Positions 1-13,266 of a DNA stretch of 64,000 nucleotides are shown here, piece after piece. The notes beneath the pieces were generated by a model. It saw only the letters and a program-made list of their open reading frames with translations. It ran no database searches and was not told the DNA's origin. This stretch comes from Eledone cirrhosa (taxonomy: Eukaryota), in contig OZ024740.1 in NCBI GenBank assembly GCA_964016885.1, positions 24,552,001 through 24,616,000 on the forward strand, written 5' to 3'. The position numbers and the translations under genes are program-made. Every line of letters starts with the position of its first letter. Positions within the stretch are counted from its first letter, which is position 1.

Positions 1-1460
1 GAGGTAGAGATGGAGAGACATATAGATAAATAGGACAGAAGGAAACTAGAGAGTTAGAGATGGAGAGACATATAGACAAATAAGACACAAGGAAACTAGC
101 GAGCTAGAGATGGAGAGACATATAGATAAATAGGACAGAAGGATACTAGAGAGTTAGAGATGGAAAGACATATAGATAAATAGGACAGAAGGAAACTAGA
201 AAGTTAGAGATGGAGAGACATATAGAAAAATAGGACATAAGGAAACTAGAGAGTTTGAGATGGAGAGACATATAGGTAAATAGGTCAGAAGGAAACTAGA
301 GAGTTAGAGATGGAGTGACATATAGATAAATAGGACAGAAGGAACCTACAGAGCTAGAGGTGCAGAGACATATAGATAAATAGGACTGAAGGAAACTAGA
401 GAGTTAGAGATGGAGAGACATATAGATAAATAGCACAGAAGGAAACTAGAGAGCTAGAGATGCAGAGACATATAGATAAATAGGACAGAAGGAAACTAGA
501 GAGGTAGAGATGGAAAGACATATAGATAAATAGGACAGAAGGAAACTAGAGAGCTAGAGATGTAGAGACATATAGATAAATAGGACAGAAGGAAACTAGA
601 GAGTTAGAGTTGGAGAGACATATAGATAAATAGGACAGAAGGAAACTAGAGAGTTAGAGATGGAGAGACATATAGGTATATAGGACAGAAGGAAACTAGA
701 GAGCTAGAGATGCAGGGTCATATAGATAAATAGGACAGTAAGAAACTAGAGAGCTAGAGATCGAGAAACATATAGATAATTAGGACAGAAGGAAACTAGA
801 GAGTTAGAGAGGGAGAGACATATAGATACAGAGGACAGAAGGAAACTAGAGAGGGAGAGATGCAGAGACGTATAGATAAATAGGACAGAAGGAAACTAGA
901 GAGGTGGAGATGGAGCGACATATAGATAAATAAGACAGAAGGAAACTAGAGAGATAGAGATGGAGAGACATATAGATAAATAGGACAGAAGGAAACTAGA
1001 GAGTTAGAGATGGAGAGACATATAGATAAATAAGACAGAAGGAAACTAGAGAGTTAGAGATGAAGAGACATATAGATAAATAGGAAAGAAGGAAACTAGA
1101 GCGTTAGAGATGGAGAGACATATAGATAAATAGGACAGAAGGAAACTAGAGAGGTAGAGATGGAGAGACATATAGATAAATAAGACAGAAGGAAACTAGA
1201 GATCTAGAGACGGAGAGACATATAGAAAAAATAGGACAGAAGGAAACTAGAGAGTTAGTTATGGAGAGACATATAGATAAATAGGACAGAAGGAAACTAG
1301 AGAGTTGGAGATGCAGAGACATATAGATTAATAGGACAGTTGAGAAATAGAGAGTTAGAGATGCAGAGACATATAGATAGGCCAGAAGAGAAATAGAAGG
1401 TCAGAGATGGAGAGACATATAGATTAATAGGAGAGAAGAAAATTATAAAACGAGATGTAG
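1..1460. repeat. 50-bp minisatellite, about 29 copies, running off the window start
   Basis: Unit GAGTTAGAGATGGAGAGACATATAGATAAATAGGACAGAAGGAAACTAGA repeats with 50-bp periodicity and decays after about 1330. Confidence 0.97.
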
Positions 1461-1609
1461 AATCATATAGAGAATAAGAGATAAGTAGTGGGAGAAGTAG
1501 AAAGAGAAAGACGCAGAGGAGAAAACAAAGAGAAAGAGGGGAGAGTGTACATGAGAGAGAGTGTGAGAGAGATAAAGTGAGTGAGAGAGAGAGAGAGGGA
1601 GAGAGAGAG

Positions 1610-1678
<69 letters not shown>

Positions 1679-1915
1679 TGGGGGAGAAAGGGAGGGTAGG
1701 GAAATAGGGATAGAAAGAGAGAAAGAGAGTGGCAGAGAGAGAAAGAATAAAAAAGAGACGGCTAAAAAGCAGAATGTAATATATAAAGCAGAAAAATATT
1801 ATACAGTATGAATAGAAAGTTTAAAGGATGATTGAGTCAAGAGAATTCCTTTAGTGCTGTATGTGTTGTGAGGATCATGTGTGTAAATATCGATTTGGCT
1901 ACAGGGAAATCATAT

Positions 1916-3010
<1,095 letters not shown>

Positions 3011-3282
3011 ACAATTGTATATATATCGATTATAAGAGAGGTAGTTTGGGTGAGGTATGGAGGATGATAGAAGGAGGCATGGTTTTGGTATTGAACCTTA
3101 TCAGACCTGGCCAACTAGATTTCACCAATATTGGTCAGTGTCATATTAACGCCATGAATCATTACAAAAAGATACTTTGCCCGAAACATATAGAGGCCTC
3201 ACAGGTGGCTTTCACATAGCCATCGATTTATTTATCAATCTATTTATAGGTATTTGAATATATATATATATATATATATAAT

Positions 3283-3565
3283 ATAAGATCAAAAGATGGT
3301 TAAAAGAGTTCCAAGTATTTCATTATGCGCATTTCAAAAACAAATATCATCATGGGATGATATTTGCGTTCTCATCAGAACAAAATAGGGATACATTTAT
3401 ATATGTTGATTTAAAACTTCACTGCTCACAAGTCTTTTTTAAGCTTCATATCATGTCTCTCTATTTTATCTGATGAGAACACAGATATCATCCCATGATG
3501 ATATTTGTCTTTGAAATGCGCATAATAAAATACTTGGAACTCTTTTAACCATCTTTTGATCTTAT
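3283..3565. mobile_element. Fold-back PLE-derived element, family B (copy 1), hammerhead on both arms
   Basis: Inverted arms at about 3283-3395 and 3452-3565 within (TA)n; related copies at 12631-13135 and 24618-24710. Confidence 0.85.
3462..3532 (+). ncRNA. Minimal type I hammerhead ribozyme (family B)
   Basis: TATTTTAT-CTGATGA-stem II (ACAGATATCAT/ATGATATTTGT)-GAAA-TGCGCA (palindromic)-TA-ATAAAATA; perfect 8-bp stem I. Confidence 0.9.
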
Positions 3566-3569
3566 ATTA

Positions 3570-3601
<32 letters not shown>

Positions 3602-3615
3602 CATATATATATATA

Positions 3616-3780
3616 TATTTAATATATAAATCATTTCTACAGGACTGGTGATATCTCCTGAATGAAAGAGTTCTAGTTCTGTAGAAGCAATTTCTATATT
3701 AAATATTTATACTCTGCTATGTATTGAGTACCTTACTTACTGTGGTTACCTCCGATTTAACCCGAGATGAAAACGGAAAT
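3616..3780 (+). mobile_element. Short decayed fold-back element with tail
   Basis: Imperfect inverted arms at about 3616-3648 and 3673-3705; tail carries TATTGAGTAC (3722-3731); between (TA)n tracts. Confidence 0.55.
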
Positions 3781-3828
3781 ATATATGTATATATATATAA
3801 GTATATATATATACATATATAATATATA

Positions 3829-3900
<72 letters not shown>

Positions 3901-4286
3901 CGTATTCGTCTGCAATGTTTAGTTACTCAAGATTCACGTGTTTCAATACTCAATGCTAATATGTCCGACCACTGATTTGGTATTCTACCTTTGGTACTTC
4001 CCCACAGTCAGTATCCTTAAGCCGAGTGATTATAATATGGAGTAGGGACGAAGTTAGGATTATTTACACGTGTCACGCGTTTGGAGATTGATCAGTTCAA
4101 GTTAAGATCGGAAGTGGTCGGTCCAGACACTGGAATCAATAGCTTGTCAGACTTGTGGATTCTTGAATTAATCGATTTATCACTACCACAACCATATATA
4201 TTCTTAATGCGTTGCTAATTCGGACTCATTTTTAGTATTAGTGTATCCTTTGGAATCCATTGTTAGTGAATGAGTAGTAGTATTGT

Positions 4287-4478
4287 TCGGTGGATTGTTA
4301 GTCTCGGTAGAGGGTTGGACGCCATGCATTGAGATAAATAGTTACGGCCCTGTATAGTCTGAGTTCAAATCCCGCCGAGGTTAACTTTTGCTTTCATGCC
4401 TACGGGGTCGATAAAATAAAGTACCAGTAATGCACTAGAAAAATTACTGGCCTTGTGCCAAAAGTAGAAATGATTATT
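4287..4478 (+). mobile_element. tRNA-derived SINE with Deu/Nin-like central domain
   Basis: B box GAGTTCAAATCC; body ..GGGGTCGATAAAATAAAGTACCAG; tail GGCCTTGTGCCAAAAGTAGAAA; many copies in the window. Confidence 0.88.
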
Positions 4479-5227
4479 GTTTTAACTATATTGGCGATGG
4501 AAGTGTCCGCATGAGGTTGCCCTAATGAAGCATTTGACAGAAAAGCCAGAAAATACAGTGAGGTGGTCTAACTTTGTAAAACCAGTAGATAGGATACATC
4601 GTATACATCTGTAGATATAATTGTCAGGATAGTTAGGGTCCAGGGTTTACTCGCCTCTTAGGAACATTAGACTGACAGCGAAATAAAAGAAATTCCTTTT
4701 GATCACTGTTTCTTTAGAAATCGAGAAAGTGATTAACTACGTATTGTTGAAGAGCAAAGAAGAATTGCGCGATGGAGATGTTTTACATAGATTCACAACA
4801 TCAGTCACAACGAATTCCGTCCTCTTCCTATACGTTGAAGTGGTCAATATCACAACCATATACAGATCTAAAGTTGTGCTGTTGTGCACGGGTTTCCTCA
4901 CAGAGATTGATGGGTGATCCGGAGTAGCACTGGTGCCACAACAGAAAGGACCGATACACTTATAGGATTAATTCAACACCTCATAAGATATCGATTCCTT
5001 CATTTGGAGATGGGATACAGCACCCGCCTCTACATGTCTGTGTTTATCAAGTAAACACAGACATGTGCAAGCACACACACACACTCACATATATACATAC
5101 ATATCTATCTGTGAGATGGTGTGTGTACATTGATGTATGAATGTCCGTACGTGTGCACAATTGTATAGACCCGTGTTCGTGTTTCTACATCTGTTCAGTA
5201 ATTTCGCAAAGACAAATGGTATTAAAG

Positions 5228-5530
5228 CTAACAACAGTAACAACAGTAACAACAACAACAGCAACAGCAACCATAACAACAGTAACAACAACCATAACAA
5301 CAGCAACAACAACCATAACAACAACAGCAACAACAACCATAACAACAGTAACAACAACCATAACAACAGCAACAACAACCATAACAACAGTAACAACATC
5401 AGCAACAACAACCATAACAACAGTAACAACCATAACAACACCAACAACAACCATAACAACATAACAACAGCAACAGCAACTATAACAACATCCATAACAA
5501 CAACAACAACAACCATAACAACAGCAACAA
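5228..5530. repeat. (AAC)n-derived compound microsatellite
   Basis: AAC/AGC/AGT/CAT triplet mix. Confidence 0.95.
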
Positions 5531-5692
5531 TATAGAGGACCATCATCATAAACTGGAGATTAACCATGAACACGTTTGATGTTTAATTTGTTCAGGTCGT
5601 TGGTAAATCCTCAGAATAATAATCGTGGTAGAATGTGGGAATAGTGTTAGTGAGCAGAGAGGAAAGGAGAGCTGAGAATGATGAGGATATAG

Positions 5693-5836
5693 TGAAGGCT
5701 CGTGGCTTAGTGGTTAGATCATTGGGCTTGCAATCGAAAGGTTGTGAGTGCAATTCTCGGACCGGGTGATGTGGTGTTTCCTTGAGCAAGACACTTTATT
5801 TCACATTGCTCTAGTTTACTCAGCTGTAGAAATGAG
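5693..5836 (+). mobile_element. tRNA-derived CORE-SINE-like element
   Basis: A box TGGCTTAGTGG, degenerate B box, CORE-like TCCTTGAGCAAGACACTTTATTTCAC. Confidence 0.75.
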
Positions 5837-5866
5837 ATGATAGGACTGGGGTTCGTATCATTAAAA

Positions 5867-5916
5867 TTACCCAAGACACCTCCAACGAGATATACCTTGG
5901 AGAAGGCCAGCTAAAC
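5867..5916 (-). CDS. Putative small terminal coding exon, copy 1: (G)LAGLLQGISRWRCLG*
   Basis: Acceptor ctcccacctatgcAG; differs from the copy at 10866-10915 only at synonymous sites; upstream exons not identified. Confidence 0.45.
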
Positions 5917-6009
5917 CTGCATAGGTGGGAGCTGTCACACACATACACACATACGAGGATGGAGAGAAAAATTTAACATGAAAATTTAACATGATCATTA
6001 TATTTTATG

Positions 6010-9000
6010 TAAAAGAGATATATTTAGATGTAAACTTAACATAATCATTATTTAGTGGGGAACTATAGGGCATATGTAGATGGAATTTTACCAGGAACAA
6101 TATTTAATGGGGAACTGTAGGACATATGTAGATGTAAACTTAACAGGAACAATATTCAGTGGGGAACTGTAGGACATATGTAAATGGAAACTTAACAATC
6201 ATTATTTAGTTGGGAAGTGTAGAACATATGCAGATGGAAACTTAACATAAACATTATTTAGTGGGGAACTGTAGAACATATATAGATGGAAACTTAACAT
6301 AAACATTATTTAGTGGGGAACTATAGGACAGAGGTAGATGGAAAATTAACAGGAACATTATTTAGTGGGGAACTGTAGAACAGAGGTAGATGGAAACTTA
6401 ACAGGAACATTATTTAGTGGGGAACTGTAGAACATATGTAGATGGAAACTTAACAGGAACATTATTTAGGGGGGAACTGTAGGACAGAGGTAGATGGAAA
6501 CTTAACAGGAACATTATTTAGGGAGGAACTGTAGGACAGAGGTAGATGGAAACTTAACAGGAACATTATTTAGTGGGGAACTGTAGAACATATGTAGATG
6601 GAAACTTAACAGGAACATTATTTAGGGGGGAACTGTAGGACAGAGGTAGATGGAAACTTAACAGGAACATTATTTAGGGAGGAACTGTAGGACAGAGGTA
6701 GATGGAAACTTAACAGGAACATTATTTAGGGGGGAACTGTAGGACAGAGGTAGATGTTAACTTAACAGGAACATTATTTAGTGGGGAACTGTAGAACATA
6801 TGTAGATGGAAACTTAACAGGAACATTATTTAGGGGGGAACTGTAGGACAGAGGTAGATGTTAACTTAACAGGAACATTATTTAGTGGGGAACTGTAGAA
6901 CATATGTAGATGGAAACTTAACAGGAACATTATTTAGGGGGGAACTGTAGGACATATGTAGATGGAAACTTAACAGGAACATTATTTAGGGGGGAACTGT
7001 AGAACATATGTAGATGGAAACTTAACAGGAACATTATTTAGGGGGGAACTGTAGGACAGAGGTAGATGGAAACTTAACACGAACATTATTTAGGGGGGAA
7101 CTGTAGGACATATGTACATGGAAACTTAACAGGAACATTATTTAGGGGGGAACTGTAGGACAGAGGTAGATGTTAACTTAACAGGAACATTATTTAGTGG
7201 GGAACTATAGGACAGAGGTAGATGTTAACTTAACAGGAACATTATTTAGTGGGGAACTGTAGAACATATGTAGATGTTAACTTAACATAAACATTATTTA
7301 GGGGGGAACTGTAGGACAGAGGTAGATGTTAACTTAACAGGAACATTATTTAGTGGGGAACTGTAGGACAGAGGTAGATGTTAACTTAACAGGAACATTA
7401 TTTAGTGGGGAACTGTAGAACATATGTAGATGTTAACTTAACATAAACATTATTTAGGGGGGAACTGTAGGACATATGTAGAGGCAAACTTAACAGGAAC
7501 ATTATTTAGGGGGGAACTGTAGAACATATGTAGATGTTAACTTAACATAAACATTATTTAGGGGGGAACTGTAGGACAGAGGTAGATGTTAACTTAACAT
7601 AAACATTATTTAGGGGGGAACTGTAGGACAGAGGTAGATGTTAACTTAACAGGAACATTATTTAGTGGGGAACTGTAGAACATATGTAGATGTTAACTTA
7701 ACATAAACATTATTTAGGGGGGAACTGTAGGCAGAGGTAGATGTTAACTTAACATAAACATTATTTAGGGGGGAACTGTAGGACAGAGGTAGATGTTAAC
7801 TTAACATAAACATTATTTAGGGGGGAACTGTAGGACAGAGGTAGATGTTAACTTAACAGGAACATTATTTAGGGGGGAACTGTAGGACAGAGGTAGATGT
7901 TAACTTAACAGGAACATTATTTAGGGGGGAACTGTAGGACAGAGGTAGATGTTAACTTAACAGGAATATTATTTAGGGGCAAACTGTAGGACAGAGGTAG
8001 ATGGAAACTTAACATAAACATTATTTAGGGGGGAACTGTAGGACAGAGGTAGATGTTAACTTAACATAAACATTATTTAGGGGGGAACTGTAGGACAGAG
8101 GTAGATGTTAACTTAACATAAACATTATTTAGGAGGGAACTGTAGGACAGAGGTAGATGGAAACTTAACAGGAACATTAATTAGTGGGGAACTGTAGGAC
8201 ATATGTAGATGGAAACTTAACAGGAACATTATTTAGGGGGGAACTGTAGGACAGAGGTAGATGGAAACTTAACAGGAACATTATTTAGGGGGGAACTGTA
8301 GGACAGAGGTAGATGGAAACTTAACAGGAACATTATTTAGGGGGGAACTGTAGGACATATGTAGAGGGAAACTTAACTGGAACATTATTTAGTGGGGAAC
8401 TGTAGAACATATGTAGATGGAAACTTAACACGAACATTATTTAGGGGCGAACTGTAGGACAGAGGTAGATGGAAACTTAACATAAACATTATTTAGGGAG
8501 GAACTGTAGGACAGAGGTAGATGGAAACTTAACAGGAACATTATTTAGGGAGGAACTGTAGGACAGAGGTAGATGGAAACTTAACAGGAACATTATTTAG
8601 GGGGGAACTGTAGGACAGAGGTAGATGGAAACTTAACATAAACATTATTTAGGGAGGAACTGTAGGACAGAGGTAGATGGAAACTTAACAGGAACATTAT
8701 TTAGTGGTGAACTGTAGAACATATGTAGATGGAAACTTAACAGGAACATTATTTAGGGGGGAACTGTAGGACAGAGGTAGATGTTAACTTAACATAAACA
8801 TTATTTAGGGAGGAACTGTAGGACAGAGGTAGAGGGAAACTTAACATAAACATTATTTAGGGAGGAACTGTAGGACAGAGGTAGATGGAAACTTAACTGG
8901 AATATTATTTAGGGAGAACTGTAGGACAGAGGTAGAGGGAAACTTAACTGGAATATTATTTAGGGGGGAACTGTAGGACAGAGGTAGATGTTAACTTTAC

Positions 9001-10845
9001 AGGAACATTATTTAGGGGGGAACTGTAGGAAGAGGTAGATGTTAACTTAACAGGAACATTATTTAGGGGGGAACTGTAGGACAGAGGTAGATGGAAACTT
9101 AACTGGAATATTATTTAGGGGGGAACTGTAGGACAGAGGTAGATGTTAACTTTACAGGAACATTATTTAGGGGGGAACTGTAGGACAGAGGTAGAGGGAA
9201 ACTTAACAGGAATATTATTTAGGGGGGAACTGTAGGACAGAGGTAGATGGAAACTTAACTGGAATATTATTTAGGGGGGAACTGTAGGACAGAGGTAGAT
9301 GTTAACTTTACAGGAACATTATTTAGGGAGGACCAGTAGGACAGAGGTAGATGTTAACTTAACAGGAACATTATTTAGGGGGGAACTGTAGGACAGAGGT
9401 AGATGTTAACTTAACAGGAATATTATTTAGGGGCGAACTGTAGGACAGAGGTAGATGGAAACTTAACATAAACATTATTTAGGGGGGAACTGTAGGACAG
9501 AGGTAGATGTTAACTTAACATAAACATTATTTAGGGGGGAACTGTAGGACAGAGGTAGATGTTAACTTAACATAAACATTATTTAGGGGGGAACTGTAGG
9601 ACAGAGGTAGATGGAAACTTAACAGGAACATTAATTAGTGGGGAACTGTAGGACATATGTAGATGGAAACTTAACAGGAACATTATTTAGGGGGGAACTG
9701 TAGGACAGAGGTAGATGGAAACTTAACAGGAACATTATTTAGGGGGGAACTGTAGGACAGAGGTAGATGGAAACTTAACAGGAACATTATTTAGGGGGGA
9801 ACTGTAGGACATATGTAGAGGGAAACTTAACTGGAACATTATTTAGTGGGGAACTGTAGAACATATGTAGATGGAAACTTAACACGAACATTATTTAGGG
9901 GCGAACTGTAGGACAGAGGTAGATGGAAACTTAACATAAACATTATTTAGGGAGGAACTGTAGGACAGAGGTAGATGGAAACTTAACAGGAACATTATTT
10001 AGGGAGGAACTGTAGGACAGAGGTAGATGGAAACTTAACAGGAACATTATTTAGGGGGGAACTGTAGGACAGAGGTAGATGGAAACTTAACATAAACATT
10101 ATTTAGGGAGGAACTGTAGGACAGAGGTAGATGGAAACTTAACAGGAACATTATTTAGTGGTGAACTGTAGAACATATGTAGATGGAAACTTAACAGGAA
10201 CATTATTTAGGGGGGAACTGTAGGACAGAGGTAGATGTTAACTTAACATAAACATTATTTAGGGAGGAACTGTAGGACAGAGGTAGAGGGAAACTTAACA
10301 TAAACATTATTTAGGGAGGAACTGTAGGACAGAGGTAGATGGAAACTTAACTGGAATATTATTTAGGGGGAACTGTAGGACAGAGGTAGAGGGAAACTTA
10401 ACTGGAATATTATTTAGGGGGGAACTGTAGGACAGAGGTAGATGTTAACTTTACAGGAACATTATTTAGGGGGGAACTGTAGGAAGAGGTAGATGTTAAC
10501 TTAACAGGAACATTATTTAGGGGGGAACTGTAGGACAGAGGTAGATGGAAACTTAACTGGAATATTATTTAGGGGGGAACTGTAGGACAGAGGTAGATGT
10601 TAACTTTACAGGAACATTATTTAGGGAGGACCAGTAGGACAGAGGTAGATGGAAACTTAACAGGAACATTATTTAGGGAGGACCAGTAGGACAGAGGTAG
10701 ATGTTAACTTAACTTGAGCGTTATGTTCTGGGCAAAAGAAAGACAGAGGTCGATGTAAACTTAACATAATCATTATTTAGTGTGGAACTGTACATTTGTA
10801 GATGGAAACTTAGCAGGAACATTATTTAGGGGGGAATTGTAGGAC
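6010..10845. repeat. 52-bp minisatellite, about 93 copies
   Basis: Unit GGGGGGAACTGTAGGACAGAGGTAGATGGAAACTTAACAGGAACATTATTTA; 52-bp spacing, e.g. 6251 to 6303. Confidence 0.98.
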
Positions 10846-10865
10846 TGTAGGTCCCTATCATTAAA

Positions 10866-10915
10866 TCACCCAAGACACCGCCAACGAGATATCCCTTGGA
10901 GGAGGCCAGCTAAAC
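10866..10915 (-). CDS. Putative small terminal coding exon, copy 2: (G)LAGLLQGISRWRCLG*
   Basis: Acceptor ttcacacctatgcAG; same peptide as copy 1; stop is TGA versus TAA in copy 1. Confidence 0.45.
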
Positions 10916-11174
10916 CTGCATAGGTGTGAACTGTCACATACACATGCACACAGGATATAGAAGCATTGTGGTGGCAAATATAACATAGGTTAGATTGGAG
11001 ATTTGAGCATGCTGTGGAATGTTGTAGGTGTTGCAATGTTTGAGACACTGAGATAGTAAGAGAGAGGGAGTGAAAGAGTGAGACAAAGAGAAGAACGATG
11101 AGGTTGTTTAAGTGAGGTTAAGCCTCTAGTGAGTCTTCGATTAGTGTATATTTGTGAACTGATTATGAATAACT

Positions 11175-11188
11175 CTGTGTGTGAGTGT

Positions 11189-11241
<53 letters not shown>

Positions 11242-11307
11242 TGTGTGTTAGTGCGTGGGTATGAGAGAGAGAGAGAGAGGGGGAGAGAGGGAGAGTGAGA
11301 GCGACGG

Positions 11308-11370
<63 letters not shown>
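11175..11370. repeat. (GT)n followed by (GA)n microsatellite
   Basis: Direct reading. Confidence 0.95.
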
Positions 11371-11373
<3 letters not shown>

Positions 11374-12329
11374 TTGTTGTAATTTCTCTGTTTTTTAGCC
11401 AAGGAAAATATATATATATATGCCTACGTATATAATTACATGCATATATGTATTTATTTTCTTTTATTAATTGAGTTCTTTACACGAGGAATTAATATTG
11501 GTTTTGAAACAACTAATTATCCCGCGTGTGTTTTATATTTTACTCTTAATAATTCGGTCGGAGAATCATATTCCCATTTGCCCTTTATAGCATAACTTTC
11601 TGCATTTACTGCGGTTATGAGAAGCGGTTCTTATTCGGGTACAACTTCTGATTTAGCCTAAGAAAATATCTATATGCGTGTGTAATTTATAAAAGCATAT
11701 ATTTATTTTTTTATTTTCAATTGAGTTCTTAAACACGTTGGATTGATAATGTTTTCAAAAAAACTAATTAACCCGCGTGTATATCATTTTTTTCCTCATT
11801 TCGTGGATCGTGGGTTGTCTCCCCTTCCCGCTTCGTGTCGCTATGATACTTCCTCAGTCAAAAACTGCTGGAATTTCAAATTTGGCGGTCATTCGAGGTG
11901 AGAGAGAGCAACTTTACGGACATGATTTTTGACAGCGGTAAGAAATTGTTTTCTTATTTCAATGTTTAATGGGCTTCCACTGATGATTTATAAGTGCCCA
12001 CCTAAAAATATTCTTACATGAATATATATTAGGCTTCTACATAAACTGGAAACATTCTCCCAAACTTGTAGAAAACTTATAATGAAACAATTGTTTGGAA
12101 ATAGAGATATACTTTAACTTTAATTATATCTCATAAAATAATACAACTGGTTTTTCCACATTATACATATTGTTAGCACCCCAAACACTTAAATTGGGTT
12201 TATATTTTAATATAACCTAATGTTTGTTGAGTGAGATAGTTACCAGTCAGAGTTTAGCTTTAAACTATCTCTGTTATTGTATTAAATATGTATGAATATA
12301 TATATATATATTATTATTTTTATTATTAT

Positions 12330-12468
12330 AAAGTTACGGCCCTTGTCATTCTGAGTTCAAATCCCGCCGAGGCTAACTTTGCCTTTCATCCTTACGGGGT
12401 CGATAAAGTAAAGTACCAGTGATGCACTGGGTAATTGCTGGCCTTGTGCCTAACGTAGAAACAATTAT
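12330..12468 (+). mobile_element. 5'-truncated tRNA-derived SINE (Deu/Nin-like)
   Basis: B box, body and tail match the family consensus. Confidence 0.88.
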
Positions 12469-12595
12469 TTTTATTATTATATATACATAAATGTACACTA
12501 ATACACACAAATACACACAGACCCCTCCATATATATGTGTATATGTATATATATATGTTTATATATATATATATATATATATAAACATATACATT

Positions 12596-12630
<35 letters not shown>

Positions 12631-12633
<3 letters not shown>

Positions 12634-13133
12634 GTGAGTTTTATTGTAGCACAATAAAGCAATGCAAATATCGGATAAGTAGCACTCTACAGTTTGTAGG
12701 ACTGGAGTATAAATAATTGTTTCTACTTTAGGCACAAGGCCAGCAATTATCAGTGAATTACTGGTACTTTATTTTATCGACCCCGTAAGGATGAAAGGCA
12801 AAGTCAACCTCTGTGGGATTTGAACTCAGATCGTAAAGGGACGTAACTATGCTGGAAAGCATAGCGTCCGACCATCTACCGATACTGCCAATCCACCGCC
12901 CACTGGAGTATAAATTATATAAGACCAAAAGATGGTTAAAAGAGTTCCAAGAATTTTATTATGCGCATTTCATATGTTGATTTAAAACTTCACTATTCAC
13001 AAGTGTTTTTTAAAGCTTCATATCATGTCTCACTATTTTATCTGATGAGAACGCAGATATCCCATGATGATATTTGTTTTTGAAATGCGCATAATAAAAT
13101 ACTTGGAACTCTTAACCATCTTTTGATGTTATG

Positions 13134-13135
<2 letters not shown>
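12631..13135. mobile_element. Fold-back family B element (copy 2) with tail, interrupted by a SINE; hammerhead at 13034-13101 (+)
   Basis: Arms at about 12920-12972 and 13081-13131; TATTTTAT-CTGATGA..GAAA-TGCGCA-TA-ATAAAATA; the tail at 12631-12714 matches 24618-24703. Confidence 0.85.
12715..12901 (-). mobile_element. Full-length SINE with 14-bp target-site duplication
   Basis: TSD ACTGGAGTATAAAT at 12701-12714 and 12902-12915; empty-site paralogue near 24688. Confidence 0.92.
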
Positions 13136-13175
<40 letters not shown>

Positions 13176-13210
13176 CCTCTTTGGATTTTAGTCTTGAAAT
13201 TTATTATTAT

Positions 13211-13266
<56 letters not shown>

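Noticed and set aside
4760-5040. Cys-rich minus-strand snippets (TCRGGCCIP, YKCIGPFCCG), reminiscent of neurophysin or lustrin repeats
   Set aside because: They lie in different frames with intervening stops and the Cys spacing does not fit; cannot be supported without a search.
6010-10845. CRISPR-like regular periodicity
   Set aside because: Head-to-tail repeats with no unique spacers, no cas genes, and eukaryotic context.
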